A stretch of DNA of 63,843 nt, counting the filler, from Conidiobolus incongruus B7586 (Eukaryota): NCBI GenBank assembly GCA_000697335.1. It is 20 parts of 20 records of this genome, joined end to end, with 100 filler letters (N's around TTAATTAATTAA, not from the genome) between each part and the next. Parts side by side here need not be neighbours in the genome. Positions count along the whole stretch, not along the records: positions 1 to 3,512 come from JNEM01003657.1; positions 3,613 to 5,910 come from JNEM01003660.1; positions 6,011 to 7,418 come from JNEM01003661.1; positions 7,519 to 10,874 come from JNEM01003662.1; positions 10,975 to 12,352 come from JNEM01003667.1; positions 12,453 to 14,045 come from JNEM01003670.1; 14 more parts are not named here. The stretch is one strand, 5' to 3'. Positions 1 through 14,145 of this stretch are shown piece after piece. The translations under genes and the position numbers were made by a program. The notes under the pieces are model-generated. The model made no database searches. It was given only the letters and a program-made list of their open reading frames with translations, and was not told where the DNA came from. Position 1 is the first letter of the stretch; each line of letters begins with the position of its first letter.

Positions 1-2078
1 CAATCCTTCAGCTAAGCAGATAATCATAGACAAGTATGAATCATGTTTATATAAAATCAACTCATGTCATAGCATGGGCAAATAATAGTAAAATAATTTG
101 GCATAGTCAGATACTATTCATAATTAGAAAACTGGCAGTTTGGCATCAGCACTCTTGATATTTATTCATATGAATACAAGCACTAAGTTCATATTTCAAG
201 TTTCTAGTGAATGCATTTATCCAATATAAATCATCACATTATTTGATTTGATAAAATTATTTTTTTATTTTATTTAAATATATATAGTTAAAAAAATCAT
301 ATTATAAAAATTATTTAGAAAAATTTAAATTAATATTTATTAAAATTAATTAGTGATAGTGAAAATTAGGAATAAAACTTTTCAATATTAAATAGATAAA
401 ACTTATTTGAAAATTTAATAAACTAATTTTTATTATTTAAATAAATTAAAAAATTTTTTAATTTTGAAATCATTCAAATATATATTATTCCATATAATTA
501 CAATGAGTCATATTAATATATATGAGGATAAATGATTATTTAAATTTAAAACCAAAATATTGAAATATAATTCTATTTTATTATTAAAGAATAAATTTGT
601 TTTAAATTATATATAAAATTAAAATATTAAATTAATTAATAATTTTAAATTTAAAGATAATTAAAATAATTTTTAACTTAAGCATTTATTATTTATATTT
701 AGAAAATATTTAATATATCAAATTTATTTGAAATGATAATATAATTAAATAAAAATTATCATAATAATATTAATTTAATTGAATATTTATTTTTTAAATT
801 TAATTAATATAATAAATTTTAAATAATCTATTTATAGACTTCTCTAGATTATACTTTAATTAAATAAATAATATTGAAAAAAATTTAATTATTAAATTTA
901 AATTTAATTCTTATTATATTTTTAAATTTGATTTAATAATTATATTACATTATAATTTGAACCTTTATTTATAAAAATTTTTTAAATATTAATTTTTATT
1001 TTTTTTATTTTTGGACATTTCATAAAACTATTGAAATCCTATTTTTTGAATCCTTTTTCTAGAATAATCTTATATTTTTTTTTCAATTAATATGGTGCAA
1101 TTTTTAATATAATAAAATTTCAATTATTATAAGTTATAATTTAATAGATTTTTTAAAGTCAAAATAATGAAGTGATATATAAATTGATATAAATTAATAA
1201 TTAAAAATAACAAAAATTTATAAGTAATTTCATAATAAATAATTTAAAATAATTTAGATATTTTATTTTTTTTTAAAATATAAAATTAATATTATATAAA
1301 AATTCAATGAAAATTTTTAATTCTAGAATTAATTAAAAAATGAGGTAAAAATTATTAAAGCTGACAACTCCGAATTTATGCAAGCTTAAATTCCACCAAA
1401 ATTCGTAATTTTGTAAAAAAATAATAAACGGTAATAGTATCATTTATACTTTTTAAAACTTGATCAATAATAGTATAGATTGGATACTGTGATCGGAATA
1501 AGTACATTTTTGAATTGATTGTTATTAAGTCAGATGAAAAGTAATTACGAATTTCATTGAAAAATTACCAAATAATTTTTTAATGCTTTAAAATCTGTTG
1601 AATTTTGTTAATAATTAATTAAATAATAATTCAACTATGAGCAAAATATTATAATAATTATAAAATGGTATCAAATTATTTTTATATATCATTTAAAGAA
1701 TATTTCAAAATTATCTTTATTATTTCAATTAATGAATAGTAAGATTGATGGAAAATACATTGTTTCATAGTTACTAAATATCAGAAAAAAACTATTCAAC
1801 TGAATAACATTCTATTATTAAAGTCATAATATAATAATAAGAAAAATTGAATAAAATACTATATTTTAATATTATTATTGAAAATTTAAATAATTTTGTT
1901 TTTAAAACTTAAAAATAAATTTAAATATATAGAAAGAAAATAGGATAAAATAATGGCATATACCATAAGTGGTTTAAAATTACTTTAAAAATTATATAAT
2001 ATATATTGTTATAAAACTCCTTCTGGGTTTATAATTCCATAAGTTTTAGAATAGTTAAATTTATATCAGAATTTATAT

Positions 2079-2305
2079 TGTTGGAAGTCATTTTTATTTT
2101 TACAAACAGATTAAAGATTATAAAAGATATTATTAAATAATAACCCTAAAGATTTTATATATGAACTCTAAGAGAGTGTGTGTTTATCTCCACAACAATC
2201 CTTATCTTTTATATCATAGAGTTAATAACAAAATATTAGTTATCTTTATCTAAGCATCATCTATTAATAAGAACATACCTAATATTATGACTTATATATT
2301 CAACA
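2079..2305. mobile_element. Solo LTR, probably Ty1/copia-type (227 bp)
   Basis: Begins TGTTG (2079) and ends CAACA (2305), a perfect 5-bp terminal inverted repeat. Flanked by a 5-bp direct repeat TATAT (2074-2078, 2306-2310). Confidence 0.65.
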
Positions 2306-2940
2306 TATATAATTGAATAAATTATTATTATTTAAGATTTAAAATTTTAACTATTTTTAAAATTATATATTTTATAATTTAAATTTATTAAATAGTATAT
2401 TTATTAGTAAAATTTTCTAGAATTAGGAATATATATATATATATAATATTTCATATTAGATATCAATTTATATATCCAAAAAATATTAATAATGAAAGAG
2501 TATCATATATTCACCAATTTTATCAAATCCCAGTCTGTAAAACAATAATAATTGAATAGTGACAAATTTATCCTGATAATTAAATTAATTTTAAATATAA
2601 AAATTTGAATTAATTTGAAAAATTTTTCGGATCAACTTTTCAATTAAATTAATTTCAGTATTAAGTTTAAACATGTGATAATTAAGAAGAATTTAATTGG
2701 TTGAAAATCCTTAAAAATTGAATATAAAAATTTTTTTTCTTGTTACTGATAAATTTTAAAATGTTATAAATGTATAAAAAATTTGAGCTAAATATGTATA
2801 TATAACCATTATTAAGAATTGGGTAATTAATACAAAATAAATTCAAAAAATGTTATTCAAGTTTTATATAATTTAATCACTATTCCAATCCCAAAAACTT
2901 AATAAAATCTTATAAATACATTTTTACATATTGCTAAGTT

Positions 2941-3135
2941 ACACAGGAGGTCAAAGTTTAAAACCATCCAAAGTTCTCAAGGGATAAGCACCAAGTGTAT
3001 ATCCATTTTTAAATTTTTATCAAATATACAGCATCATAAAATACCAAATGTGTTGGTGGAAATGGGTTCGAGAAAATCCCAGAATTGGCAAAGTTTCCAA
3101 ACGGGTCCTTCTCCGATATATGGCATGAGAATGTT
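2941..3135 (-). pseudogene. Possible frameshifted acyltransferase-3-like gene fragment
   Basis: GC-richer island. Minus-strand frames give LMPYIGEGPVWK, HIWYFMMLYI and YTWCLSLE, reminiscent of acyltransferase-3 motifs, but in different frames and with stops. Confidence 0.2.
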
Positions 3136-3512
3136 ATGATTTTCAATTAAAAATAATAATTAATAAATAATTTTAAAAAATTATTATTTATCAAAATCGG
3201 TATTTTATTTAAAATAAAAATGATAAATATAGCTAATTAGATTAGTAAATTATTGATTATTCTATAGAATGCTATTTATTTTAGTTAATTGGTATAATTA
3301 ATAAAATATAAAAATAATTAGAGAAATTAATTAAAGATTTAACAATATTTATTAATTGGAATAATTTTTATTTTTATATTAATTCAAAATAATTTATAAA
3401 TTTTTAAAACATATAGAAATATTATCAATTTTAACTTTTAATCTTTTTTTCAATTGTATAATATTATTAATTATATCTTTTTTCTAAATATTTGATTGAA
3501 TATATTACCTTG

Positions 3513-3612
3513 NNNNNNNNNNNNNNNNNNNNNNNNNNNNNNNNNNNNNNNNNNNNTTAATTAATTAANNNNNNNNNNNNNNNNNNNNNNNNNNNNNNNN
3601 NNNNNNNNNNNN
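3513..3612. other. Artificial contig spacer (N44-TTAATTAATTAA-N44), first of 19
   Basis: Identical 100-nt linker with stops in all six frames. Others start at 5911, 7419, 10875, 12353, 14046, 15180, 16662, 17852, 19592, 20717, 24508, 26949, 32220, 46346, 57266, 58796, 60291 and 62736. Confidence 0.98.
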
Positions 3613-5031
3613 AGTAAACTATTAGTAAAAATATTAACCTTTAATATTTAACTAAAGTGAGTTATAAATTTATAGGTTTTTGAGATAAAAGGATATATTT
3701 AACAATATATAACCATATCTTTTTTCTCTCTTTATTAGTATGTGAATTAATATTTTATAATTATACTAAATTTTTTTTATTAATATTATTATACCTAAAT
3801 CCCTCTCTAAAAAAATCTACCTTTATATTAATTAACTTGGTAAAAAAGATAAATTAACTTATAATATTACTAAAATTACTATTGTTAGCTAGTTTATTAT
3901 AGTTAAGGTTATTAAGAATAGCAATAAAGAAATATTTAAACTTAAATATGTTAAAATTATAAATAAATATTATCAGAAATATATTTATAGGTTAGTTAAT
4001 ATAGGTAAATATAATATTACTATAAAAATATAACAAGAACTATAAAACTATACAAGAATATTAGTTAACACTAATACTATTATATATGTTTTATATTAAC
4101 ATAGATACCACTTACATCTTAAGAAAAAACACCCCTAAATAAAGAAATCCTATTATAAAAATAGGTGGGAGTTTAAATGTCACTACTAATATTAAACTAA
4201 AACTAATTAGAGTAAGGTTATTTAGTTTAATGAAACAAAAATATACTTTAGTAGATTTGATAGAAAAACTAAATGCCTTAGAAAATAATATAAAATTACT
4301 TTGTAACTATCATGTTAATTTTACCTAAAAGTATAATAATAGGTTAATTATTATTTAAAGATATATGTTGTTTTTAGATGTAAAATATCTTTATAAAGTT
4401 AATTAAGGAATTAATGTTGAAATATACTAAAGTATTCTAAACAATAAATTGAAAAAAACTATTAAATAATATAAGTTAAACAAATCTGATGTTATTTTCT
4501 AGCAAGATAATACTTTTTGCTATATTATAACTTCTACTACTAAATAGCTTAAAAATAACAAAATAATAGTTATAAAGTAATTTCTTTAATCTTTTAATTT
4601 TAATCTAATTAAATACCTTTAAAATTAGTTAAAGAGAGCTATTAAAGTTTTCCCCCTAGCAAAAGATTTAAATCAACTTTAAAAATATATTCAAGAAGTA
4701 TAAAACAAGATTAACCTTTTTTAGTATATGAAGTTAGTTGATTCTATACCCTATAAACTTAAGGAAGTTAAAAAAACTAAAGATAGATATATTAAATTTT
4801 AATTTTTTTTATCACCAAAAACCTACAAATTTATAATTCATCTTAAATAAAAATTAAAGATTTATATTTTAACCAATTAATCACTAAATATCACTATTTA
4901 ATAATATATATTGTTAATAAATATAATAGATTTTAATTATTTAATTTAGGTTTGTTTTATTAAATATTAATTAACTTATTAGTAAAAATATAAGTGTTTT
5001 TGATTTTATAACTTATTTTTGTAGGTTAATA
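3613..5031 (+). mobile_element. Degenerate Tc1-like (DD34E) DNA transposon, near full length (family A, copy 1)
   Basis: Relic ORF ~3791-4802. Reversing transitions gives DWSKVIWSDETK (D 4229), KHGGGS-M-WG, VIFQQDNA-CH (D 4506), WPPQSPDLNPIEHLW (E 4611; 34 codons between D and E) and a C-terminal AKGGYTKF*. The inner TIR at ~3655-3690 is inverted to ~4805-4845. Right terminus at 5031, followed by TA. Confidence 0.88.
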
Positions 5032-5595
5032 TATAAGTTAAATAAATTAAATATTATTTTCTAATAAATTAATATTTTTTATTATATTATAAATTATAGA
5101 ATTAAATGGCTTAAAAATAACAAAATAGCTATTATGAAATAACCTCTTCAATCTCTTAATTTTAACTTAATTATATATTTTTAAGAATAATTAAAAAAAT
5201 CAATTAAAATTTTCCCTTAACAAAAAATATAATTTAACTTTAAAAGTATATTTAAGAGGTTTAAAATAATATTAGTTTTGTTTAATATAAGAAGTTAGTT
5301 AACTCTATACCACACAAATTTAAAAAGGTTAAAATAACAAAAAATATATATATATTATATATTAATTTTTCTATTAACACTAAAGCTTGCAAATTTATAA
5401 TTTATTTTAAATATATTTTAAATTTTAATATATCAATTAATAATGAATTAAATTAAATTTCATATATTATATTATAAATAAAAAATATAAATTAATCATA
5501 TAGTTTAATTTAAGTTTATATAAATTAGAATTGATTAAGATATTAGCAGAAATATTGATATTTTTAATTTTATAACTTATTTTTATAAGTTAGTA
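5032..5595 (+). mobile_element. Tc1-like family A, 3' portion with right TIR (host of copy 1)
   Basis: Restarts the transposase at the YKLNKSDVIFQQDN region and runs colinear with 4470-4840. It ends in a TIR variant like 6078-6300. Confidence 0.8.
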
Positions 5596-5669
5596 GATAT
5601 AATTTTATTAATAACTTTATTACTTTTTAATTAAATTAATTTAAATATAATTAAATAGTAATATTGTAT

Positions 5670-5910
5670 TATTTATCTAAAATAAGTTATAAATTTATAT
5701 ATTTGGTCAAAAAAATTGAAACTTAATATATTTATATTTTGCTTTTTTAACTTATTTATGTTTATAAGGAATAAAATCAAATATTATTCTATATTAAGAA
5801 GGATTAATTTTATTTTAAGTTTTTTAAATATTTTTCTAAAACTGATTTAAATTTTTTCAAATAGGAATGTTTTAATAATTTATTTTGATTAATCCTAAAT
5901 ATATTTAGTT
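5670..5910 (-). mobile_element. Tc1-like family A fragment
   Basis: Colinear with 6260-6500 (inner TIR repeat and transposase 3' end), more diverged. Confidence 0.65.
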
Positions 5911-6077
5911 NNNNNNNNNNNNNNNNNNNNNNNNNNNNNNNNNNNNNNNNNNNNTTAATTAATTAANNNNNNNNNNNNNNNNNNNNNNNNNNNNNNNNNN
6001 NNNNNNNNNNTATATTAATATTATATTTAAATAGAATATATTTGATAATTTCTAATAAAATAATATATTAATATATA

Positions 6078-7418
6078 CACTAGCCTGCAAAAGTGAGTCA
6101 TAAAATTATAATTATATATATTATTATCAACTACTCTATTAATTCTTAATCAAATTAATTTAAATTAAAATATATTATAAACTTATATAATTTATTTATA
6201 ATTAAATATATTTGATTTAATTATATTAACTTTTAGTTGATATATTAAAGTTTACACTTTATCTAAGATAAGTCATAAATTTGTGTATTTTGGTTATTGA
6301 AAGAAAATTAAAACTTAGTATATCTATCTTTTGCTTTCTTAACTTCCTTAAGTCTATAGGGTATAGAGTTAACTAACCTCTTATATTAAAAAAGATTAAT
6401 TTTGTTTTAAGCTTCTTAAATATATTCTCAAAGCCTATTTAAATTTTTGCTAGTGGGAAAGCTTTAATTATTTTTTTTAACTGATCCTAAAAATGCTTAA
6501 TTAGATTCAAGTTAAAAGATTGAGGAGGTTACTTTATAACTATTATTTTATTATTTTTAAACTATTTGGTAGTAAAAATAATAGTATAACAAAAGGCATT
6601 ATCTTGTTAGAAAATAACATCTGATTTATTTAACCTATATTATTCAATAATTTTTTTAATTCATTATTTAGAATATTTTAGTACATCTTAATATTAATTC
6701 CCTTATTAACTTTACAAAGATACCTTATACTAGAAGATAATATATATCCCTAAATTATAATTAACCTACTATTATATTTTTGGGTTAACATAACATAATA
6801 GTCACAAAGTAGTTTTTTTATTAGATTTATTAAGATATATTTTTATTTTATTAAACTAAATAACCTTACTCTAATTAGTTTTAATTTAACTTTAGTAGTG
6901 ATATTTAAACTCTTATCTAGTTTTATAATGGGACTTTTTTAGTTGGGGGTGTTTTTTTTAAAATATAAACAATATCTATTATAACATAAAGCATATATAA
7001 TAATATTAATATTAATTAATATTCTTATATAGTTTTATAATTCTTTTTATATTTCTATAATAGTATTACATTTACCTATATTTACCAACCTATAAATATA
7101 TCTTGTATTATATTTATTTATAATCCTAGCACACTTAAGTTTAAGTTCAGATATATTTTTATTATAATTTTTAATAGCTTTAGCTATAGTAGACTAGCTA
7201 ACAATAGTAATTCAAACAATCTCATAAGTTGATTTAACTTTATTATAGAATTGATTATTATGCAAGTAAATTTTTTTAGAGAGGGATTTAGGCTTTTTAA
7301 TACTAATATTATTTAAAATAATAATTTACAATAATAATATTAGTATATATATATATATATATAATTTAATAAAAGAAAAAAGATTTAAGTAATTTTTGTT
7401 TTATATACCCTTTTAACT
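6078..7418 (-). mobile_element. Tc1-like family A copy
   Basis: TA|CACTAGCCTGCAAAAGTGAGTCATAAAAT terminus at 6078. The minus strand retains CCT CCT CAA TCT (PPQS) at ~6517-6528. Colinear with copy 1 throughout. Confidence 0.88.
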
Positions 7419-7518
7419 NNNNNNNNNNNNNNNNNNNNNNNNNNNNNNNNNNNNNNNNNNNNTTAATTAATTAANNNNNNNNNNNNNNNNNNNNNNNNNN
7501 NNNNNNNNNNNNNNNNNN

Positions 7519-7756
7519 GGTTTTAATTTTTTTTTATCACCAAAAACCTACAAATTTATAACTCACCTTAGGTAAAATTTAAAGGTTGATATTTTAACCA
7601 ATTAATAGCTAAATATCATCATTTAATGATATATATAACTAATAAATATCATAGATTTTAATTATTTAATTTAGGTTTATTTTATTAAATATTAATCAAG
7701 TTATTAATAAAAGTATAAGTATTTTTGATTTTATAACTCATTTTTGCAGGTTAGTG
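7519..7756 (+). mobile_element. Tc1-like family A right TIR
   Basis: Matches 4795-5031 and ends TTTTTGCAGGTTAGTG|TA. Confidence 0.8.
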
Positions 7757-10700
7757 TATATTATTTTTATTTTAGAATTATAAAAAATTGTTTTAAATGT
7801 TTTATTATTTATTAATCAATTGTATATCTATATCAACAGTTATTTTTAATATTAAATATATAAATGCTAGTACAATTAATTATAAATAATTTATTGCTAT
7901 AGAGGTGATAATTTCATAATAAATAATTAAATAAAGTATTAAAACTAATAATTTCTATTAATATATTAAAATGTTCATTAATGATTCAAATAGTCTATAT
8001 TAGCTTAACTGATTAAGAATAGGGCTAACATAAATATTTTTGATTCTGATCCCAAGTTGGGTGTTTTTAAATTCTCAAATCTATTATATAATGAGTTTAT
8101 AATATATTAATATATTGTTGAATGATTAGAGATTATTCTTTATTAAAACTTAAAAATAGCTATCTTTATCTTTTTTATACTTAAGAAATTTTATTAATTT
8201 ATTGAATAATAATTCATCATATCAATGATTTCATATCAAATCAAATAAATTAGTTAATAATAAAATGAATACAAGCAAAATAGCATATCCTATACAAATA
8301 TGTATGTTAATTAAGATTAACTTGTACTTTAAATTACCTATACACTCTTTGTTTTTAGTTTGCTTAGTTTTTTATATTTAATACATTTTTTAAACAGAAT
8401 GACCATTCATCCAATAACCAACACAGAATAAATTATATTAAGTTTGTTTCCTTTGTTAATAATGCCTTAAGCTTAATGTTATTAATACAAAATATATTTC
8501 TATCAGCAAGTTTAATTGTTTTGATAGTATTAGCCAAGTTAACGTAAATTAAACTATCAGTTCAAATTGATCAATATGAGTTGATATTAAATAATTAAAT
8601 ATAAGGCAGATTTTAAAAAGGAAAAATCAAAAATTATATTTAATTACAAAATTGAGTTTATATTTATTAATTTCATTAAAAATTAATTTGTTTATTATAA
8701 TAAATAGAATAATTGAAAATATACTTTATTAAATCTTTATAATTATGAAAAATTTTTAATTTATTTAATAATACACTAAAATAATGTTCCAGTTAATAAT
8801 ATAGTAAAATACTTAAATTGAAATAAGAATTAAATTTGTAAATGATTTCTAACGAATAATAGAATAAATTTAATATAATATCCAAAATTTTCATTAAAAT
8901 TTGAATATAATTTATTAGGTTCCAAAAAATTTTAACTATATGCTTAACAATGGGAAAATTATATTCAAATTTAGATTACTTCATTAATTAATAGTTTTTA
9001 AAATTATTATATAGAGTTTTTGATATATTTATTACAATGGTATTAATTCTATTAATAATTTTAAATTATCATTAATCATAATATTTGGCCATTGTTGTAT
9101 CTTGAATTTAATATTTTTAAACACATATAATCTATCACCAAGAGATATTCCGCTAATATCCATATTTAGTTAATAGTAATTTTGATCTACTATTTGAAGT
9201 TCAAAGAAAATAAATTAATTTAATAAGGAACAGTATTCATGAATATATCATATTAAAATTATAACCAAATGATATCATAATTTGATACTAACACCAAATA
9301 TCAATCTAGGTGTGAAATTAGAACAATATTTTAAGCAATTACAGATTAATATTTTTATGTATTATTCTTCTACATAAGTCAACTCAGCTTGGTTGAAATT
9401 TCCATGTTTTACACTTAAACTTAATAACTACAATGTATTCCAAGATTTATGAATTATATAAAATTCAACAATTCGCAATGTACAATTTCATCTTTTAGTT
9501 GTTAATTTTTTGGTGCTTATAACATTTCACTAATAGGCTAATCTATAATGGTTTAAGTTTTTATGGTAATATAATGTGTGTAAGATATTGTTAAATGAAA
9601 AATATTGAATAAGCTAATTAACAATTTAATAAAATCTTAATTCATCTCCTTATAGGCTTAAATATAGAAAAAAAATCATTAAAAATTCAAAATAAGCCGA
9701 CTGTAGTTTATGTTAAATTTAGCTAGATTTATGAAATACTATTAATATTTTCTATATATTTTAATTTCAATAAACAATTATAGGTTTTTCTTAATTGGAA
9801 ATAGTTTAACTTGAATATCAATAATAAAAATTTTGTTGCGATATATTATATCAGTAATATGATTTTAAAATACAAACAAATTGATAAGTTATTCACCATA
9901 AAAGATCTCTATCAGACTAATAAATTACATATCAAACTTTTGATCACAAAGTATTCGATTAGTGCCATTAAATTACATATGATATCCGCATCTTTTAAAA
10001 AATGGTAAATTAAACCATGTTAAACATATTAACCAACTATTAATCAAAATGATTAAATATAATGCTCCAAAAGGAATTAAGCTTATTCATTAATAAATCA
10101 ATGTATGAGATTTGCAGGTTTGGCAATACAATTGTCAAAAAATTACTTGATAATGATAGTTTCATTTAATAATTGATAAATCATTTGGGATTAGATGAGT
10201 AGAAATCTTAATACAATACGAATAATGTATTATATTGTTAAGCTTGCAACATAAATTTTAAATAAAACTATCATTAAAATTTTTTTATTTAATTAATAAT
10301 TGGTTGATTTAATCCAATAATTTTGCTCCACCTAATTGTTTTAATTTTAATGTACCAATCAATAATAAAAGTTATATTTATATTTTCAAAACAAAATAAA
10401 TTTTATTTAATGCCATTTAATATTTATTTTATATTAAATCTATTTAATTATGATGAAAATTGATCAAATATTAATTAATACTTAAGGTTCTTTAAATCTC
10501 GAATTTAAGTTAAAATTGAAAATACATAGAAAAGTAATAATATTTGTTAATTACAGAATTAAAATTAAAAAAATTTTAATTATTTTGCCATATAATATGA
10601 TTAATTTGATTATGGTGTATATTATTATGCAATAGAAAATGATATAATATTCCAAATTTAGTAGAAGTGTAAGCAGTTAATTCTTTAAAATTTAATGATA

Positions 10701-12453
10701 TTTAATTATGTATAATAAATAATTATAATAAATATTTCACAAATAATAATTTGAATAATTATTTTATTGATTGATTGAAAATTTAATTTATTATACAATT
10801 AGGTATATCTTTTTAAATTACTTTAATTCATAGTTTGAATTAACATTCACTAATTTATATTGATATTATATTATNNNNNNNNNNNNNNNNNNNNNNNNNN
10901 NNNNNNNNNNNNNNNNNNTTAATTAATTAANNNNNNNNNNNNNNNNNNNNNNNNNNNNNNNNNNNNNNNNNNNNTAAAGAATATTTGATATTTGGATGAA
11001 ATATTAATGAAATAATGCATGAAGATATACAAATATATATATATATATATATATATAACATGCTCAATATATTTAATTAAGTAATTAATAAAATATCGAT
11101 CTAATGAGTGAAGTCTTTCAACTAAATATCTAATAAATTTACTAATTACAATAATCAGATATTGCCAATAATTCAAATTTTGCATATTTTATAATAATCC
11201 AAAACAGGTGATTCAGTTTTAATATTTATAAAATGAAATATTTTTATGGATTTTTTTAATTTATTAGTTTTTTATCATATGATAAGTTAATAATTTTAAA
11301 TTCACAGACCAAAAAAATGAAAATATATAGATTTATTATTAAAATACAATGAAAACATTTAAAAAAACTCAAAATTGAACTAATCAAATTATTGAAAATA
11401 TATTTTTAACATATATTTAGCTAGGATTAGTTATAATTTTTATAATATTTATCAATAATTAAAATGAATCATAAATAATATAATATATTAATAGATTCAA
11501 AATACCTAACTTCTTAAATTAGTACAAAATAATAAATTATTGGTATTATAAATCCTAAAAAAATAGTCAGATTTATTTTAAAAGTTAACAACAATATATT
11601 TATATTTTTCATATTATTTGCTTGAAAATTATTTAGATGGATTAATTTACAATTTGGTAATAAATTTTATAATTCAATGTTAAAAAAATTATTTCAACAT
11701 TGTACCCAATAAATTTATATCAAAGATATTAAATTAATTGTATTAAATATATTCGTTTGAAATATTTTAATTATGCTTGCACTTCAATCAATTTAATATA
11801 CCCTATATTTACATTAGTGTGTAAGATATTACTAGCCTATATATTGATTTAAAGGTATGATTTTGAAAATTAGCTAAATAAGTAATTCTGGTTTATATTA
11901 TCAATCTTATGAATGGTTTGAGATTGATTTTAAGAAATTGAAATAAATTGAAGTGTATAAGTGATTCAGTCCGAACAGTATTCTCTGTGGACTTTATGCT
12001 ACATTCAGTCAGTAGGATTTCAATGTGAAAATTGCTTCAGTATCAGTTTTATCATTTATTAATTTTTTAATACTGTCAGAAAGTATAGAAGAATTGGTCA
12101 TTTTGGGTCGAAGTGTTAATTTTACTCTTATCATCGATATTTTCTTTTTATATATACTGAATAATTAATTGAAATTTAAGGCTTAAAACTTCGTATATTC
12201 TTTGTCATCCATTTACTAAAACCAGGAAGTTAACTATTGAATGGCTATTACAGCATCTTTCTTATTCCTGATATTTTGTTGGAAAACCAGTTTATCATAT
12301 TTGTCGATAAGGTGAGCAGCGTATAAATATTAAAATAATATGAAGCGTTAGGNNNNNNNNNNNNNNNNNNNNNNNNNNNNNNNNNNNNNNNNNNNNTTAA
12401 TTAATTAANNNNNNNNNNNNNNNNNNNNNNNNNNNNNNNNNNNNNNNNNNNNA

Positions 12454-13030
12454 GTCGCCCCCAAATCCAAATCTAGCAACCCCATGCGTGAAATCCGCAT
12501 TGAAAAACTTGTTTTAAACATCTGTGTTGGTGAATCTGGTGACAGATTGACCCGTGCCGCTAAGGTTTTGGAAGCTTTGACTGGTCAGACTCCCGTTTAC
12601 TCTAAAGCCCGTCTTACCATCAGAACTTTCAGCATTCGTCGTAACGAAAAGATTGCTGTCCACGTTACTGTCCGTGGTGCTAAGGCCGAAGAAATCTTAG
12701 AACGTGGTTTGAAGGTTAAGGAATACGAACTCCGTGATCGCAATTTCTCCAACAACGGTAACTTCGGTTTCGGTATTCAAGAACACATCGATTTGGGTAT
12801 CAAATACGATCCCTCCATCGGTATTTACGGTTTAGATTTCTTCGTTGTCTTAGGTCGCCCTGGTTTCCGTGTCTCTCGTCGTAAGAGAGCCACCGCCAGA
12901 GTTGGTGTCCAACACCGTTTGACCAAGGCTGACGCCCTTAACTGGTTCAAGACCAAGGTAATTTATTTTTTATTTATTTTTGTTCATTACTAACTTTCTT
13001 TAGTACGATGGTGTTGTTCTTAACAAATAA
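12454..13030 (+). CDS. RPL11: 60S ribosomal protein L11 (uL5); 5' end probably in or before the gap. Exons <12454-12957, 13004-13030
   Basis: [32 protein letters not shown]...[29 protein letters not shown] 46-nt GT-AG intron (12958-13003) with TACTAAC branch point restores the C-terminus YDGVVLNK*. The frame is open upstream ([11 protein letters not shown]) to the gap. Confidence 0.97.
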
Positions 13031-14145
13031 ACAAATTCCAACAAGTTCTCAAATTTGGCGAGCTTTTACTTCTGGTACCAATAAAATAGGCCCTCTGTAA
13101 AACACGTTTTAATAAGAAATGTTCAAGTCCTTTTCAATTATTCACTGAAGAATCCTCGTTCACTTGCACTATATCAATCCTCTGCTTTTAGATCCTATAA
13201 TACACATATTGTATATTTATTCATTTCTATGTATTCGCATTTTTATCTCTATCTAGTTAGCATTTTTATAATACTATTTTTCATTCTCATCAACTAAATA
13301 TTTACTTAATATTTTTTTCTCTTTATATCTTTAATATTAATTATATATTAATTTCAACAATATTAATTATATATTCTTCTATCAATTAAATAAATATATA
13401 TTGGCAATATATATTTATTTACTAATGATTTTTATTTAATTCTCTTTAGTCAATTCTAGTATAATTCCGTTTTAACATCTATTCTTATTGCTATCATTCC
13501 TTCAGTTTTTAACTATATTCTTTTTATTTATTTTTCCTTTTTTGTTTCTATTATTGAATAACTAATTGATTTTATTCTTCCAACTCTTTTACCAAATAAT
13601 TTTGTCATTCTTGATTATACCCCATGTAATTTTTTGGCTTTCATGCTTTCTGAATATATAAATTTTATTCTATATTTCATAATAAATTATATGAATTTTT
13701 TTGTCTAGTTCTGGATTGATATTTTGTATGTAATCTTTGCTAATTTATTTAATTCTGAAATATATTGATATTTTCTTATTTTTTTAAGCCTAGGTCATGT
13801 TAGAATTCAATTATTTTTTAATATTAATTTTTTTAAAAAATTATTATTAATTGATTAAATTTTATTTTGAATTTATTAAAATTTGTTATTCTAAGAAAAT
13901 ATAATTAAAACAAATAATATTTATGTAATTGATATTAAAAAATTAATTTCAATCAAATTTAGAGTTAATTAAGATATATATTATTATATTTAATAATTAA
14001 ATAAATTAGATTTAATAAAACTTTTTAAATCAAATTATTAAATAANNNNNNNNNNNNNNNNNNNNNNNNNNNNNNNNNNNNNNNNNNNNTTAATTAATTA
14101 ANNNNNNNNNNNNNNNNNNNNNNNNNNNNNNNNNNNNNNNNNNNN

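Noticed and set aside
1399..1554. 12-bp inverted repeat AAATTCGTAATT/AATTACGAATTT as a MITE
   Set aside because: No TSD and no second copy in the window.
7850..8560. Possible 7-TM receptor pseudogene on the minus strand
   Set aside because: Only vague hydrophobic stretches, which AT-rich DNA yields by chance; not supportable without a search.
9811..11185. ORFs 9811-10008 and 10919-11185
   Set aside because: AT-rich low-complexity translations; one starts at TTG and the other runs through a TA microsatellite and a gap.
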